DNA of 38,445 nucleotides from a virus (Duplodnaviria; Caudoviricetes), in the IMG/VR virus record IMGVR_UViG_3300012667_000477, positions 1-38,445 of that record. The stretch is one strand, 5' to 3'. The notes under the pieces are model-generated. The model made no database searches. It was not told the DNA's origin and saw only the letters and a program-made list of their open reading frames with translations. Positions within the stretch are counted from its first letter, which is position 1. Each line of letters opens with the position of its first letter. Positions 25,128 through 35,173 of the stretch are shown here, piece after piece. The translations under genes were made by a program, and so were the position numbers.

Positions 25128-26863
25128 TGCCTCTGGTCCCAATTGATGTTCCTCCCGGAGTCGTAAGACGCGCAACCCCGTTGCAGTCTGCGGGGCGCTA
25201 TTGGGATGCAAACCTTGTTCGCTGGCAGTCTGGGAAGCTTCTTCCTGTAGGCGGGTGGCAGCGTATTACCGAAACTCCTCTGACCAGTACGCCTAGGACA
25301 ATATTCCCATGGAACACGAACGATGGCGTTCCGCTTGTCCTTATCGGCTGCGATGATGGTATATTTGCGCTTGAGGGAAGCACTTACTCCGATGTGACGC
25401 CTGATGGGTTTGTCCCTGCCGAAGCCACAGATGTCGGTGGGTATGGCTCATATGACTTTGGCGCTCTTCTCTATGGTGACGACACTGACCCGACATATCC
25501 TCGTCCGCCTTCATCGCAGTTCTTCCCGTCCTTTTCTTGGACGATTGATAACTGGGGCGAAGACGCGCTGGCGGTAGCATCAAGTGATGGTCGGCTTCTT
25601 CATTACCAAGAGTCAGAATCGACACTTCACCAAGTTGGCGTGAATAGCATTGTGAGTGCCATTCGCGCATCAAATGTCATTACGGTCACGACAACAGACC
25701 ATCATGGTTTTGCTAATGGTGACAGCGTTGTCATTGCTGGCGTCAGCGTCTCTTCAATGAATGGAACGTATGTCATTACGTCGGTTCCAACCGATGACAC
25801 ATTCACGTATGCAAACTCTGGAACAAACGCGACAGGAACCGGTGGCACAGCATCGACCTTGATTCCTGTTCCGATCAATAACAGGGGCGTTATTGTCACC
25901 ACAGAGCGCTATGCTGTTTTGTATGGTGCTGGTGGAAATGCTCGACGTGTCGCATGGTCCAATCAGGAAGACTACACGAACTGGGACTTTGCCAACACGA
26001 CAACGACGTCAGGCTTTTTGGACCTAGACACAACTGACATCATCATCATGGCGACAGCCGTGCGTGAGGGTATCCTGATTTGGACAAGCAATGAAGCGTG
26101 GCTGATGCGCTACATTGGTCTTCCGTTCATCTACAGCATCGAGCGCATTGGCTTTGGGTGCGGATTGATGGCTCCTAAGTCGTTTGCTACCACAGCCGGG
26201 CGCTGCATCTGGATGGGTCGTGAGGGCTTTTGGATTTACGACGGCGGTGTTGTGAAGCCTCTCGCCTGCGATGTCGGGGCTTATGTTTTCTCCAATATTG
26301 ACGAGACATCAGGAATCTCTGTCTCTCATGGCTCAGATAATGGCGTCTTTCCCGAAGCTTGGTTTTGGTACCCATCTGCTGGAAACTCGGTCCCTGACCG
26401 GTACGTTGTTTATAATTACTCTGAGGGTTGGTGGTCCATAGGCTCAATGGAGCGCACGGCGGCTGTAGGTGCTGGCATCTTCAGAAACCCTGTTGCGTCC
26501 TCTGTTGACGGGACCTTGTACTTCCAAGAGGACGGGTGGACTGACGCTGGCATGCCAATCACAACGGATAGGTATGCCGAAACAGCGTCGATCAACGTCA
26601 TTGGCGGCAACAATATTGCCAATATCACTCAGGCTATAACCGATGGCGGCACAACCTATGACGCCACTGAGCTGACCATGTACGGAGCGCTGACGCCACA
26701 AGGGTCTGAAACATCTTTCGGCCCCTACACTGCTAGGCCAGACGGCTACACTGATGTTCGAGCCTATGGCCGTGACTTCAGGGTGAAGATTGCTGCGACA
26801 AAGGACGAAGAGTGGAGCGTTGGCCAGATCAGGCTTGATATTAAGCCGGGAGGGCGTCGATGA
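25127..26863 (+). CDS. Tail nozzle / packaged-DNA stabilisation protein-like
   Basis: 578 aa, Trp/Gly beta-rich, RRVAWSNQED motif; precedes ejection proteins; inserted HGF..GD.V.I.GV...NGTY.IT domain. Confidence 0.7.
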   Translation: MPLVPIDVPPGVVRRATPLQSAGRYWDANLVRWQSGKLLPVGGWQRITETPLTSTPRTIFPWNTNDGVPLVLIGCDDGIFALEGSTYSDVTPDGFVPAEATDVGGYGSYDFGALLYGDDTDPTYPRPPSSQFFPSFSWTIDNWGEDALAVASSDGRLLHYQESESTLHQVGVNSIVSAIRASNVITVTTTDHHGFANGDSVVIAGVSVSSMNGTYVITSVPTDDTFTYANSGTNATGTGGTASTLIPVPINNRGVIVTTERYAVLYGAGGNARRVAWSNQEDYTNWDFANTTTTSGFLDLDTTDIIIMATAVREGILIWTSNEAWLMRYIGLPFIYSIERIGFGCGLMAPKSFATTAGRCIWMGREGFWIYDGGVVKPLACDVGAYVFSNIDETSGISVSHGSDNGVFPEAWFWYPSAGNSVPDRYVVYNYSEGWWSIGSMERTAAVGAGIFRNPVASSVDGTLYFQEDGWTDAGMPITTDRYAETASINVIGGNNIANITQAITDGGTTYDATELTMYGALTPQGSETSFGPYTARPDGYTDVRAYGRDFRVKIAATKDEEWSVGQIRLDIKPGGRR

Positions 26864-27090
26864 GAGCCAATCTTCCTCCGGCTCCTGACAGGTATGATGC
26901 AGCTTATTTCACTCGTGGATTTGCTGCTCTTGACCGCATTATTGACTTCTCGATCACTAAGACCGAGGCTGTCCAAGGCGTGCTTCTTCTATCTCCGGGC
27001 GGTTTGGTGTATAAGCTTACGGTAGAGGATGATGGAACTCTAACGACAACTTCGGTGCCTCTTGGACAATCCGGCGCAACTCGTTTCTAA
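26860..27090 (+). CDS. Hypothetical virion-module protein
   Basis: ATGA overlap; LLSPGG..YKLTV.DDGTL motif. Confidence 0.7.
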   Translation: MRANLPPAPDRYDAAYFTRGFAALDRIIDFSITKTEAVQGVLLLSPGGLVYKLTVEDDGTLTTTSVPLGQSGATRF

Positions 27091-27427
27091 AATGGAAAAG
27101 GCATTGCGCCTGTCTGGTGATACGCACTCCGTACAGGATGTGCTTGAGGCGCTAAAGACAGGCGAGATGCAGGCATTCTGGAACGACACGTCTGTTGTGA
27201 TTACTGAGGTTGCAAAGACACCGAGGAAGCAGTTTGTTAGCATCTTTCTGTCTGCCGGTGATCTTGATGGCGTCATGGCTTTGCATGACAAGATTTATGA
27301 CTGGGCAGAAGAGAGCGGCTACGACTTTGCAAGAATACTTGTCCGCCCCGGCTTCATGCGACTTCTTGAGCGCAAGGGCTGGAAGAAGCGTCAAATCGTG
27401 ATGGAGCTAGATTTCAATGGGCGGTAG
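27062..27427 (+). CDS. Hypothetical protein, possibly GNAT-fold tail assembly factor (start may be 27092)
   Basis: VITEV...IFLSAGDL...WA...G......RPGF.R pattern; position before ejection proteins. Confidence 0.6.
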   Translation: MDNPAQLVSKMEKALRLSGDTHSVQDVLEALKTGEMQAFWNDTSVVITEVAKTPRKQFVSIFLSAGDLDGVMALHDKIYDWAEESGYDFARILVRPGFMRLLERKGWKKRQIVMELDFNGR

Positions 27428-28346
27428 TACACCTTCTGCACAGACTGTAACCAGCAAGACCGAGCTTCCTGCGTGGCTTGAGGATGTGACCAAAGAGAAC
27501 CTTGCGAAGGCGCAGCAGATTGCTGATCGGCCTTATGAGGCGTATGGTGGCCAGCTTACGGCTGGATTTACACCTACGCAGCAGCAGGCGTTTGAATATG
27601 GTATTTCTGGCATAGGTCAGCAGGCTCCAAATTATCAAGCAGCCCAGCAGGCAGCAGCAGGAGCAGCGGCGTATCAGCCACAGAACGTCACCGCACAGAA
27701 CTTCTTGCAGGGTGATATTAGCGCGTACATGAACCCGTATATACAGAATGTCGAGGATCGGGCGATTGCTAATGCGCAGCGCTCAGCTCAGATGAACATT
27801 AATCAGCTTGGAGCCAGTGCTGCTCGTTCTGGTGCGTTTGGCGGTTCTCGCCTCGGCGTTGCAGAGGGCGTTGCAGCAGCAGAAGCCGCCCGTGGCGTTG
27901 GTGACTTGTCCGCTCAGCTTCGCTCTCAGGGCTTCCAGCAGGCTCAGGGAATCATGTCTGCGGATCAGGCTCGCGCGCTTCAGGCTGATCTCGCAAATCA
28001 GCAGGCAGGCTTGCAGGGCGGGCAGCTCAATCTTCAGGCCGCAGGCCAGATGGGCTCGCTTGCCGGTCAGGCTCAACAGTCTCGTCTTGGTGATCTTGGT
28101 GTGCTGTCTGGAATTGGTGCTGAGCAGCAAGCAATGCAGCAGCGTCTTCTTGATGAGGCTTATGCCAGATTCCTTGAAGAGCGCAACGCTCCGGTTGAGG
28201 GGCTTAATCTTCGTCTGGCTGCAACGTCGGCTACGCCTTACGGGTCAACGAAGACAGAAACTAGACCGGGGACTGAAGGGCCAAGCGCCCTCTCCACTGG
28301 TCTTGGAGCTGCGGCAAGTGTTGCATCCATCATTGGCGCTCTCTGA
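27417..28346 (+). CDS. Internal virion / DNA ejection protein
   Basis: Gln/Ala/Gly-rich; YMNPY and GAFGGSR motifs; hydrophobic C-terminus. Confidence 0.72.
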   Translation: MGGSTPSAQTVTSKTELPAWLEDVTKENLAKAQQIADRPYEAYGGQLTAGFTPTQQQAFEYGISGIGQQAPNYQAAQQAAAGAAAYQPQNVTAQNFLQGDISAYMNPYIQNVEDRAIANAQRSAQMNINQLGASAARSGAFGGSRLGVAEGVAAAEAARGVGDLSAQLRSQGFQQAQGIMSADQARALQADLANQQAGLQGGQLNLQAAGQMGSLAGQAQQSRLGDLGVLSGIGAEQQAMQQRLLDEAYARFLEERNAPVEGLNLRLAATSATPYGSTKTETRPGTEGPSALSTGLGAAASVASIIGAL

Positions 28347-29035
28347 TGCTTGATACAGCGCTGCACTTCTCGGGCGGCAAAGACAGTCTGGCTTGCCTTT
28401 ATATGTATAGGCATCGCTGGAACAATATGTATGTCGTCTGGCTAAATACAGGCGCTGTTTACCCAGAGATGCAAGCGTATATGGATAAGTGGAGGAGCAT
28501 TCTTCCACATTTCATTGAGGTTAAGACAGACCAGCCGGGACAGATAAAAGCGAATGGCTGGCCTGTTGATGTTCTGCCCGTTAATAACTCTCCTCTTGGA
28601 ATGGTTATCTCTGGGAGCAACGCACCATTGATGCAGCCATATACGAGTTGCTGCGCTGCAAATATCTGGTTCCCCTTGCATGAAGCCACGCTCAAGTTAG
28701 GTGTGAGTGAGGTTATCAAGGGCCAGAGAAACTCAGACGAGTTCAAGTCTGTGGCTCGCAATGGAACTGAGTTTCAGGGTCTCACCTACATTATGCCGAT
28801 CCAAGACTGGTCTACGGATGAGGTCTTCAAATACCTTGACGATGTAGGCGCAGAGCTTGCGCCGGGGTATAATGATGGCGAGAAAACCGGTCGCGACTGC
28901 TGGGATTGCACAGCCTTTTTAGGCGACAACAAGCAGCGCATTGAGAACCTGCCAAATGATCGTAAGCTTGAGATCAAGCGACGCCTTGGCATCATAAAGA
29001 AGTCCATAGACGATCAGTGGAAGTGGATTGATTAA
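28346..29035 (+). CDS. PAPS/APS reductase-family protein
   Basis: FSGGKDS PP-loop, LNTG, CC pair, GQR..D, PI.DWS, C-terminal DCWDC. Confidence 0.82.
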   Translation: MLDTALHFSGGKDSLACLYMYRHRWNNMYVVWLNTGAVYPEMQAYMDKWRSILPHFIEVKTDQPGQIKANGWPVDVLPVNNSPLGMVISGSNAPLMQPYTSCCAANIWFPLHEATLKLGVSEVIKGQRNSDEFKSVARNGTEFQGLTYIMPIQDWSTDEVFKYLDDVGAELAPGYNDGEKTGRDCWDCTAFLGDNKQRIENLPNDRKLEIKRRLGIIKKSIDDQWKWID

Positions 29036-29823
29036 TGGCCGACATAAACAGCATCGCCTCCTACATTTATGGTCGAGCGCCAAAGTTCAATGTTGACCCC
29101 AATCTTGCTCTTGGCGTTGCTCGTTATGAGGGCCTGAACCCAAAGACAATAGGTTCGCCAGAGTTTGGCAATAAGGATGCTCGCGGTTATTCTTTCGGCC
29201 CGTTTCAGCTTTTCTCAGGCTCTCCTGACCCGATGAATATTGCTCCGGGCGGAATGGCTTACGAGTTTAAGCAAAAGTTTGGCAGCGCGCCGAGTCGAGA
29301 GAACTGGCAGCAGCAGGTGGATTTCGCTCTGGAGCGGATGGGCAAGTCTGGCACTGGCCCTTGGTATGCTGTGCGTGATCGAGGAGGTGTTGGGCCTGTG
29401 TCTGCGGGTGGGCGTGAATACGCGCAGTCTCTTGGCCTTCTTGGTGGGCAACCGCTTCCTGAATCCGTTTCCAGCGTAGATCGGGCAGGAATTCAGCAGG
29501 GCACTCCTCAGCAGCCTCAACAACCCGCCGCCCCTGTTTACGCCAACGACTTCTCAACCATGGCGCGGCAGATTGGGAACAGGATTGCTCCGAGCCTTGT
29601 TGACGCACCCACAGCTTTGACGCCAGAGCAGATTGCAGCGCAAGAGGCGGCGACCAAGGCGAACGCAGAAACATCCAAGCAGTACAATACGGCTGCAACT
29701 GGGCTCCTCAATCTTGCCAGAATTTCTGCTCAGCCGGGGCAAGCCCCAATGATGCGGATGCTAGATAACGAGCCGGTGCGCGGTCAATACCAACCAATTC
29801 AGCGAATGAGAGGATTACTGTAA
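29035..29823 (+). CDS. Internal virion protein with putative lysozyme-like N-terminal domain
   Basis: VDPNLALGVARYEG...SFGPFQL...QQVDFAL...GPW; low-complexity C-terminus. Confidence 0.6.
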   Translation: MADINSIASYIYGRAPKFNVDPNLALGVARYEGLNPKTIGSPEFGNKDARGYSFGPFQLFSGSPDPMNIAPGGMAYEFKQKFGSAPSRENWQQQVDFALERMGKSGTGPWYAVRDRGGVGPVSAGGREYAQSLGLLGGQPLPESVSSVDRAGIQQGTPQQPQQPAAPVYANDFSTMARQIGNRIAPSLVDAPTALTPEQIAAQEAATKANAETSKQYNTAATGLLNLARISAQPGQAPMMRMLDNEPVRGQYQPIQRMRGLL

Positions 29824-30368
29824 TGGCATCTTTGATGGACAGCATCATGCGGCAGTATTATTCGGGGGCTTCTGGCAGCGCTTCCCCCAGCAATCCTATG
29901 ATGTCCGCAAACATTGGTCAGGGCCTCACTGCGAATCCTGTTGCTCAGCCATTTGCGCCAAGTGCGTTTGGCTCTTTGGTAAATCGGAGCAATAGTTCTT
30001 ATATTGAGCCTGCGCCGGCTTCTTCTTTCATGGGCGGTCCCCCTTCTCAGCCTCCTGCTGCTCCTGCTGCTGCTCCTGGGGCGCCTATGCAGGGCCTACC
30101 TACCGCAAACATTCCAATGCCTCCCTCTCGCCCTAGAGATTTGCCCGGTCGCACTCCAGGATTTCTGGATCAGCTCTTGTCTGGGCCGGATTATCAGTCA
30201 AACAACATGCCTGTAAATGTTCAGGCTGCCGGACCTGCAATGCAGGGGCAGCAGATGCCGGATGTTGCAATCAATTATGGCGACCCGAACAGCGCTGCTG
30301 ACTTCTTCCGTGCCGACGCGCTACGGATGCAGAACCCGAATATCCCCGGCTTTCTGGGAGGATACTGA
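29823..30368 (+). CDS. Pro/Ala-rich hypothetical protein (probably internal virion)
   Basis: TAATG overlap; within the ejection-protein cluster. Confidence 0.65.
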   Translation: MASLMDSIMRQYYSGASGSASPSNPMMSANIGQGLTANPVAQPFAPSAFGSLVNRSNSSYIEPAPASSFMGGPPSQPPAAPAAAPGAPMQGLPTANIPMPPSRPRDLPGRTPGFLDQLLSGPDYQSNNMPVNVQAAGPAMQGQQMPDVAINYGDPNSAADFFRADALRMQNPNIPGFLGGY

Positions 30369-30370
30369 TT

Positions 30371-31669
30371 ATGGCTGATGGTTTCTTGGGGGGTCTTAGC
30401 GACTTCGCAGGCGGTGTTGGTGATTTCTTCACGGGTGGCGGCAAGTACGCAGACCCCAAGAGCATCAATCCGTCCTACGGCGTGCCTGAAGCTGACGTTC
30501 GTCAGGCTGGTCTAAACACGCTTGGCAACATTGGCGGCATCTTGCTTGCGGCTGGACAGTCTATGACCGGTGCCCAGCGTGGGCAGCTGCTTTCGCAACT
30601 TGGTCCAGCGCTTGGCGGCATGAACACTGACATTTACAAGTCCTCGCAGGCTCGTCTGATGAATGCGCAGCAGCAGGAAAAAATGCGTGAGGTGGACGAG
30701 AGTCGGGCGCTATCTGCTTGGGCTCAAAATCCAGAAAACCTGAAGAGTGTCGGACTAACGCCTGAACAGTTTAGGGTTGTTGGAGCGTCTGGACTGAAGG
30801 ATATTGTGAAGTCTAGGTCGTCCAGAGACCCTGTTCAGTCGGCCCTTGCTCAGGAAAGCTTGGCTGAAAAGCAAAGAGCGGCAGCGTTGCAGCAGCAGGC
30901 TATTGTTGCGATCAACAGCATGGATTTGCCTGAGGCGCAGCGGCAGATAGCACTAGCAAACCCATTAGAGTTTGTTAAGTCGCAGGTTAAGCCTGTCAGC
31001 ACTTTCGTTGAGGAGCCCCGCACCATTGACGGAAAAACGGTCGTGGGCCAGAAAGACACAAGAACTGGGCAGTGGAAGCCATATGCGAGCGGAGCTGGCG
31101 TAAACATAAACATGGGGGATAAGGCTCTCGAGCAAGGAATTGCGAAATCTCTTATAGAAGGCGCTGATGTTGCAAGTTCTGCCGCCAATGCAATTCGATC
31201 CTTGTCATCAGCTAGGGAGCAGTTCGATGGTGGCATAGTTTCTGGGATCACCGCCCCTGTTGAGCTTACCGTCCGCAAGATAGGGACTGCGTTGGGGTTC
31301 AGCGACAGACAAGTTGCAAACACAGAGGCGTTTAGGTCTGCTCTAGCCCCCGTGGTGCTGGAGTCTGTCAAGGCGCTTGGTGCTGGCACTTCAATATCAA
31401 ACGCAGATAGAGAATATGCTCAGGATTTTGCTGGCGGGAACATAAAACTTGATAACGCTTCAATAGGGCGAATACTTGATATCGTTGAGCGCTCTAGCTC
31501 TGAGAAAATACAGGCGCACAACTCCAAGGTTAAGAAATACATGGAGAGGGCAAAGGATCCGTCTAGTGCTGAGTTCCTGCTTATTGATGTGCCCAAATAC
31601 GAGAGGCCCAAGAAAGGCGACAAGTACTCAGATGTTGACGCGATAGTTGGTATTGGAGGCTCTCGATGA
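30371..31669 (+). CDS. Internal virion / DNA ejection protein
   Basis: 432 aa; Gly-rich N-terminus, helical; GAGTSISNADREYA motif. Confidence 0.7.
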   Translation: MADGFLGGLSDFAGGVGDFFTGGGKYADPKSINPSYGVPEADVRQAGLNTLGNIGGILLAAGQSMTGAQRGQLLSQLGPALGGMNTDIYKSSQARLMNAQQQEKMREVDESRALSAWAQNPENLKSVGLTPEQFRVVGASGLKDIVKSRSSRDPVQSALAQESLAEKQRAAALQQQAIVAINSMDLPEAQRQIALANPLEFVKSQVKPVSTFVEEPRTIDGKTVVGQKDTRTGQWKPYASGAGVNINMGDKALEQGIAKSLIEGADVASSAANAIRSLSSAREQFDGGIVSGITAPVELTVRKIGTALGFSDRQVANTEAFRSALAPVVLESVKALGAGTSISNADREYAQDFAGGNIKLDNASIGRILDIVERSSSEKIQAHNSKVKKYMERAKDPSSAEFLLIDVPKYERPKKGDKYSDVDAIVGIGGSR

Positions 31670-33978
31670 GTGAGCAAAGACTTGATGCTTATGCGGGTTG
31701 GCTGAGAAACAACCGCGACAAGGCGGGAACTCCTGACTTTGAAAGGGTAGCTCAGGCCTACCGAGAATTGAGAGCAGTTCCAACGCAGCCATCAGAAGAA
31801 GCAGTCGCACAAGCTCCGCCCACACAAGGCATTCGCTCAGAGCCTTCTTCCATGGGGGGGATGCTGCCAGCCGAGGCAGAAATTGCGCCAACTGAGGCAC
31901 GGACACTGCCAGAACAAGCGGCTGCTGTAGGTTCAGGAATTGCGGGCTTCGGCTCTGGGTTGGCCCAAACGGTTACAGGTATGGGTGAGCTTCTTCCCAG
32001 CCAGTACGGGGAAGCTGCTGCTCGTGCTACGCAATACTTGCAGGGCGTCGGGGCTCCAGAGGCTCAGACTGCGGGAAAGATTGCTGGATCTATTGCGCCC
32101 GGCGCAGCCGCGATGCGGGGAGTTCAGGCTCTTGGCGCTGGCGCTAGGGCTCTGGTCCCGTCACTAGCTACAATGCCTGCCGCTCTGCGTGGTCTTGGTA
32201 CTGTTGCAGGAGGAACTGTAGGCGGCGGTGCAGCCGGGGTGGCTACGGGTTTTGCCACGCCAACAGGTATTGAGGACCGCGAGCAGCGGATGGCGAAGAA
32301 GTCTGAAGCTGCGACAACCGAGGGGCTTCTGGGCGCTGGCCTTGGGTTTGGGTTGTCCGCAATCCCGCAGGCGGTGCGTGCTGTTCAGGCCGTAAGGCCG
32401 TCTCAAAGCAGGTTTGTTAGCGAGGCAATGCCTGACGTCACCGCTCAGCAATTTGCTGAGGCTGAAGCTTTGTCAGACAGGGCGAGAGCGCTTGGTGTAA
32501 ATCTAACGGCGGCTGAGGCACTACAATCTGTAACTCAGGGAGGAACATCGCTTGGCTCTCTACAGCGGCAACTTGAGGCATCGCCGGGTGGGCGTGGATT
32601 GTTTGCATCTGCGATGGCCCAGCGGCAACCGCAGGTGGAAGGGGCCGTGTCTGGATTCCTTAGCGACATCGCTCCGCCCTTGCCGAGCCCATCTGTTATC
32701 GAGCCAAGGCTTCGCACAATAGGAGAGGACATTACTGCTCGCGCCGCCTCAATGCGGACATCGGCAACACAGCCGTTTTACGGTGCCGCAAGAGGAGAAA
32801 CAATAAACCCTAATGCTGTCGGGGCTGTTGTCAAAGACCTTCGCTCTCTAGCATCAGAGGACAAGAGCGGTAAGATTATTGCGCCCGTACTAAACAAGCT
32901 GGAAGACCTTCTTATCTCCAAGCGAGCCGAAGCAGCTACGAGGCCGGGGCCGAGAGTAACCCCAGCGGGAATGAAGGCGATCCGCGTTTCAGAACCATCA
33001 AAGCCAGCAACGCCAGAGGAATACGTTACGGACGTAAATACCCTTGAAATGGCGCGACAGCTATTGCGTGAGCGTGCTGATGTTCCTCTTGCGGCAGCAG
33101 AAGGTATCAGCAAAATTGAAAGTTCAAAACTGCTTCGTGGGCTTTCTTCACTTGCTGATCGCTTGGAAAGAAATGTTCCTGAGCTTGCCAAGGGTAGGCG
33201 TGAGTTTAGCGGTATATCCAGACGGCTTGAGGAATTTGAGCCTACAGCAACTGGGAGGTTCGCTAAGGCTGGAACGCTAGAGGAACAGAGAAGAGCCCTC
33301 TTCCCAACCGGTGAGCGACTTATGCCCGGTCAAGAAGGCGAGATAGGTAGAGCGTTTCAATCCATCCGTGCGCGTGAGGGCATGTTTACTCCTGACCAAG
33401 CGCGCCTACCTGATCGAACATCACCTACGCCTCAGGCTCCGCCTATTGCTCGCCAACTTATTCGGCAAGAGTTGGAAAGAATATCCAACAGAACGGCGGG
33501 GCAGTTAACCTCTGCCGGGCTGCCGGACCAGTTTGGCGGCGCTGCCTTTGCTGCGGCCCTGCAGAGGAACCCGCAGTACCAAAAGAACCTCATGGCTGCG
33601 ATGCAGGCATCAGGAGTCCAGACACAGCCGGTCCAAGGCCTCCTCGATGTCTTGCAGGCGACAGCATACAGACAAAGACCGGGGTCGCAAACTGCATACA
33701 ATCAGGAGCAGCTTGATGCCATGTCTAAACTAGGCCTTGGCGGCGTCAGGCAGGCATTAACCGCACCGGGAAAAACAATCAGTCAGGCTTTCGCACGACA
33801 AAACCAAGAAGAGGTTGCTCGTAGGCTGTCTGAGATTTTGCTTTCCGGCCCAGAAGGTGTTCGCACACTACAAAGAATGGCTCAGGGTGCGGGTCTTGAA
33901 GGAGAGACAGCCAGACAGATTCTGAGGTCCAGAAACATCGCCATCCCGGGGATACTCGGGGCAGCAGGCGAAAAATAA
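31666..33978 (+). CDS. Large internal virion / DNA ejection protein
   Basis: 770 aa; Ala/Gly-rich with hydrophobic Gly stretches; last gene of the structural operon. Confidence 0.72.
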   Translation: MSEQRLDAYAGWLRNNRDKAGTPDFERVAQAYRELRAVPTQPSEEAVAQAPPTQGIRSEPSSMGGMLPAEAEIAPTEARTLPEQAAAVGSGIAGFGSGLAQTVTGMGELLPSQYGEAAARATQYLQGVGAPEAQTAGKIAGSIAPGAAAMRGVQALGAGARALVPSLATMPAALRGLGTVAGGTVGGGAAGVATGFATPTGIEDREQRMAKKSEAATTEGLLGAGLGFGLSAIPQAVRAVQAVRPSQSRFVSEAMPDVTAQQFAEAEALSDRARALGVNLTAAEALQSVTQGGTSLGSLQRQLEASPGGRGLFASAMAQRQPQVEGAVSGFLSDIAPPLPSPSVIEPRLRTIGEDITARAASMRTSATQPFYGAARGETINPNAVGAVVKDLRSLASEDKSGKIIAPVLNKLEDLLISKRAEAATRPGPRVTPAGMKAIRVSEPSKPATPEEYVTDVNTLEMARQLLRERADVPLAAAEGISKIESSKLLRGLSSLADRLERNVPELAKGRREFSGISRRLEEFEPTATGRFAKAGTLEEQRRALFPTGERLMPGQEGEIGRAFQSIRAREGMFTPDQARLPDRTSPTPQAPPIARQLIRQELERISNRTAGQLTSAGLPDQFGGAAFAAALQRNPQYQKNLMAAMQASGVQTQPVQGLLDVLQATAYRQRPGSQTAYNQEQLDAMSKLGLGGVRQALTAPGKTISQAFARQNQEEVARRLSEILLSGPEGVRTLQRMAQGAGLEGETARQILRSRNIAIPGILGAAGEK

Positions 33979-34004
33979 AAATACACACACCCCAAAAATA
34001 ACTG

Positions 34005-34034
34005 TTGACTCCCCCGTGATCTGCCAACTATGGT
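34005..34034 (+). promoter_or_regulatory. Sigma70-like promoter for the long early/middle operon
   Basis: TTGACT-18 nt-TATGGT with an A-rich upstream tract; GACTC overlaps the -35. Confidence 0.55.
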
Positions 34035-34062
34035 TGTCAAGTGGATCGCGGGGGAGAACAGC

Positions 34063-34164
34063 ATGGAACCATTTACGTTTGCTCTGGTAGCCTTCTTTGT
34101 GCTGCCAATTATCTTTCTAGGCCTTGTCTCTCTCTGCGCGATGTTCGACGGAGATGACAAATGA
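34063..34164 (+). CDS. 33-aa membrane peptide (not in ORF track)
   Basis: MEPFTFALVAFFVLPIIFLGLVSLCAMFDGDDK; GGGGAG RBS; ATGA overlap with next gene. Confidence 0.65.
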   Translation: MEPFTFALVAFFVLPIIFLGLVSLCAMFDGDDK

Positions 34165-34358
34165 ACCCAATCAATCTCATACAGAATGATGATGGAACGT
34201 ATACGCTTGAGTATTTCAGGCGCGTCGTCGGCTACATCAATAGGACTGTAGACTTCACCGGCTCTGTCATGTTTCGGGCTGTAAGCGTTCAGGGCGGCAT
34301 CTGCTACGCCACAACGCTCGAAGACGCTCGCTCTGGCCTCATGGAGCTTTCACGATGA
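34161..34358 (+). CDS. Hypothetical protein
   Basis: ATGA overlaps on both sides. Confidence 0.7.
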   Translation: MNPINLIQNDDGTYTLEYFRRVVGYINRTVDFTGSVMFRAVSVQGGICYATTLEDARSGLMELSR

Positions 34359-34630
34359 GTGACGAGCTTGAGAGGGAGCCGCTGGCTGTAGGTCTTCGCG
34401 GCTTCAAAGTCAGACAGGCAATTATTCCTATCCTGAAGCGGTACGAGTTGCCTTGGAGCGCCGTTATCAAGAAGCGCAAATATCCTCAAATCTTAGCAGT
34501 CAGGCGTGAAGCAATGCTTGCTCTACGCGAGCAGGGGATGTCGCTACCACAAATCGCCAGCGTGTTTTGCGTCCATCACACGACGGCTATGCGAAGCCTT
34601 AGAAAGCAGCAGGGAGTTAATGATGTCTGA
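34355..34630 (+). CDS. HTH protein resembling the DnaA C-terminal DNA-binding domain
   Basis: R...I..VRREAM..LREQGMSLPQIASVF..HHTTAM. Confidence 0.7.
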   Translation: MSDELEREPLAVGLRGFKVRQAIIPILKRYELPWSAVIKKRKYPQILAVRREAMLALREQGMSLPQIASVFCVHHTTAMRSLRKQQGVNDV

Positions 34631-34898
34631 CGTAAATGAGACGCTTGACGAAAGGGAGAAGGATTATGGGAACTATGCAGACCTGTCTGCCTTGGTCGAG
34701 TCGATAATGACCGCTTACGCGCTTGGGCAAAACTACTGGCGTCTGGAGCCATACCAAAGGGTCTCTCTTTACATGGACGCAATGAAGACATCCCGCATCC
34801 TGAATGGTGATTTCAACAAGATTGACTCGTGGCACGACAAGGCAGGATATGCCCAGCTCGTCGTCAAACAACTGAAGAAGGAAGGAATAGTCCAGTGA
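34620..34898 (+). CDS. Conserved phage protein (DUF6378-like)
   Basis: TLDEREKDYG...KTSRILNGD...DSWHDKAGYAQL. Confidence 0.75.
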   Translation: MMSDVNETLDEREKDYGNYADLSALVESIMTAYALGQNYWRLEPYQRVSLYMDAMKTSRILNGDFNKIDSWHDKAGYAQLVVKQLKKEGIVQ

Positions 34899-35173
34899 CA
34901 AACAATCAGATCAAAACAATCGTTGAGCGCATCGAGAAGATGGAGGAGGAGAAGGCCGCGATCACGACTGACATCAGCGAGATTTACAAGGAAGCAAAGT
35001 CGAACGGCTTTGACACAAAGATCATCAAGAAGATTGTCGCAATGCGCAAGAAGGACGCGAACAAGCTGGCTGAAGAGCAGGCAATCATGGACACCTATCT
35101 CGCTGCCCTTGGGATGCTTGCAGATACGCCATTGGGTCAAGCGTCTATGCAGCGTGCAAGGAACGGAGAATGA
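34895..35173 (+). CDS. gapR: GapR/DUF2312-family DNA-binding protein
   Basis: IVERIEKMEEEK...DISEIYKEAKSNGFDTKIIKKIVAMRKKD...YLAALGM; GTG start with GAAGGA RBS. Confidence 0.88.
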   Translation: MTNNQIKTIVERIEKMEEEKAAITTDISEIYKEAKSNGFDTKIIKKIVAMRKKDANKLAEEQAIMDTYLAALGMLADTPLGQASMQRARNGE

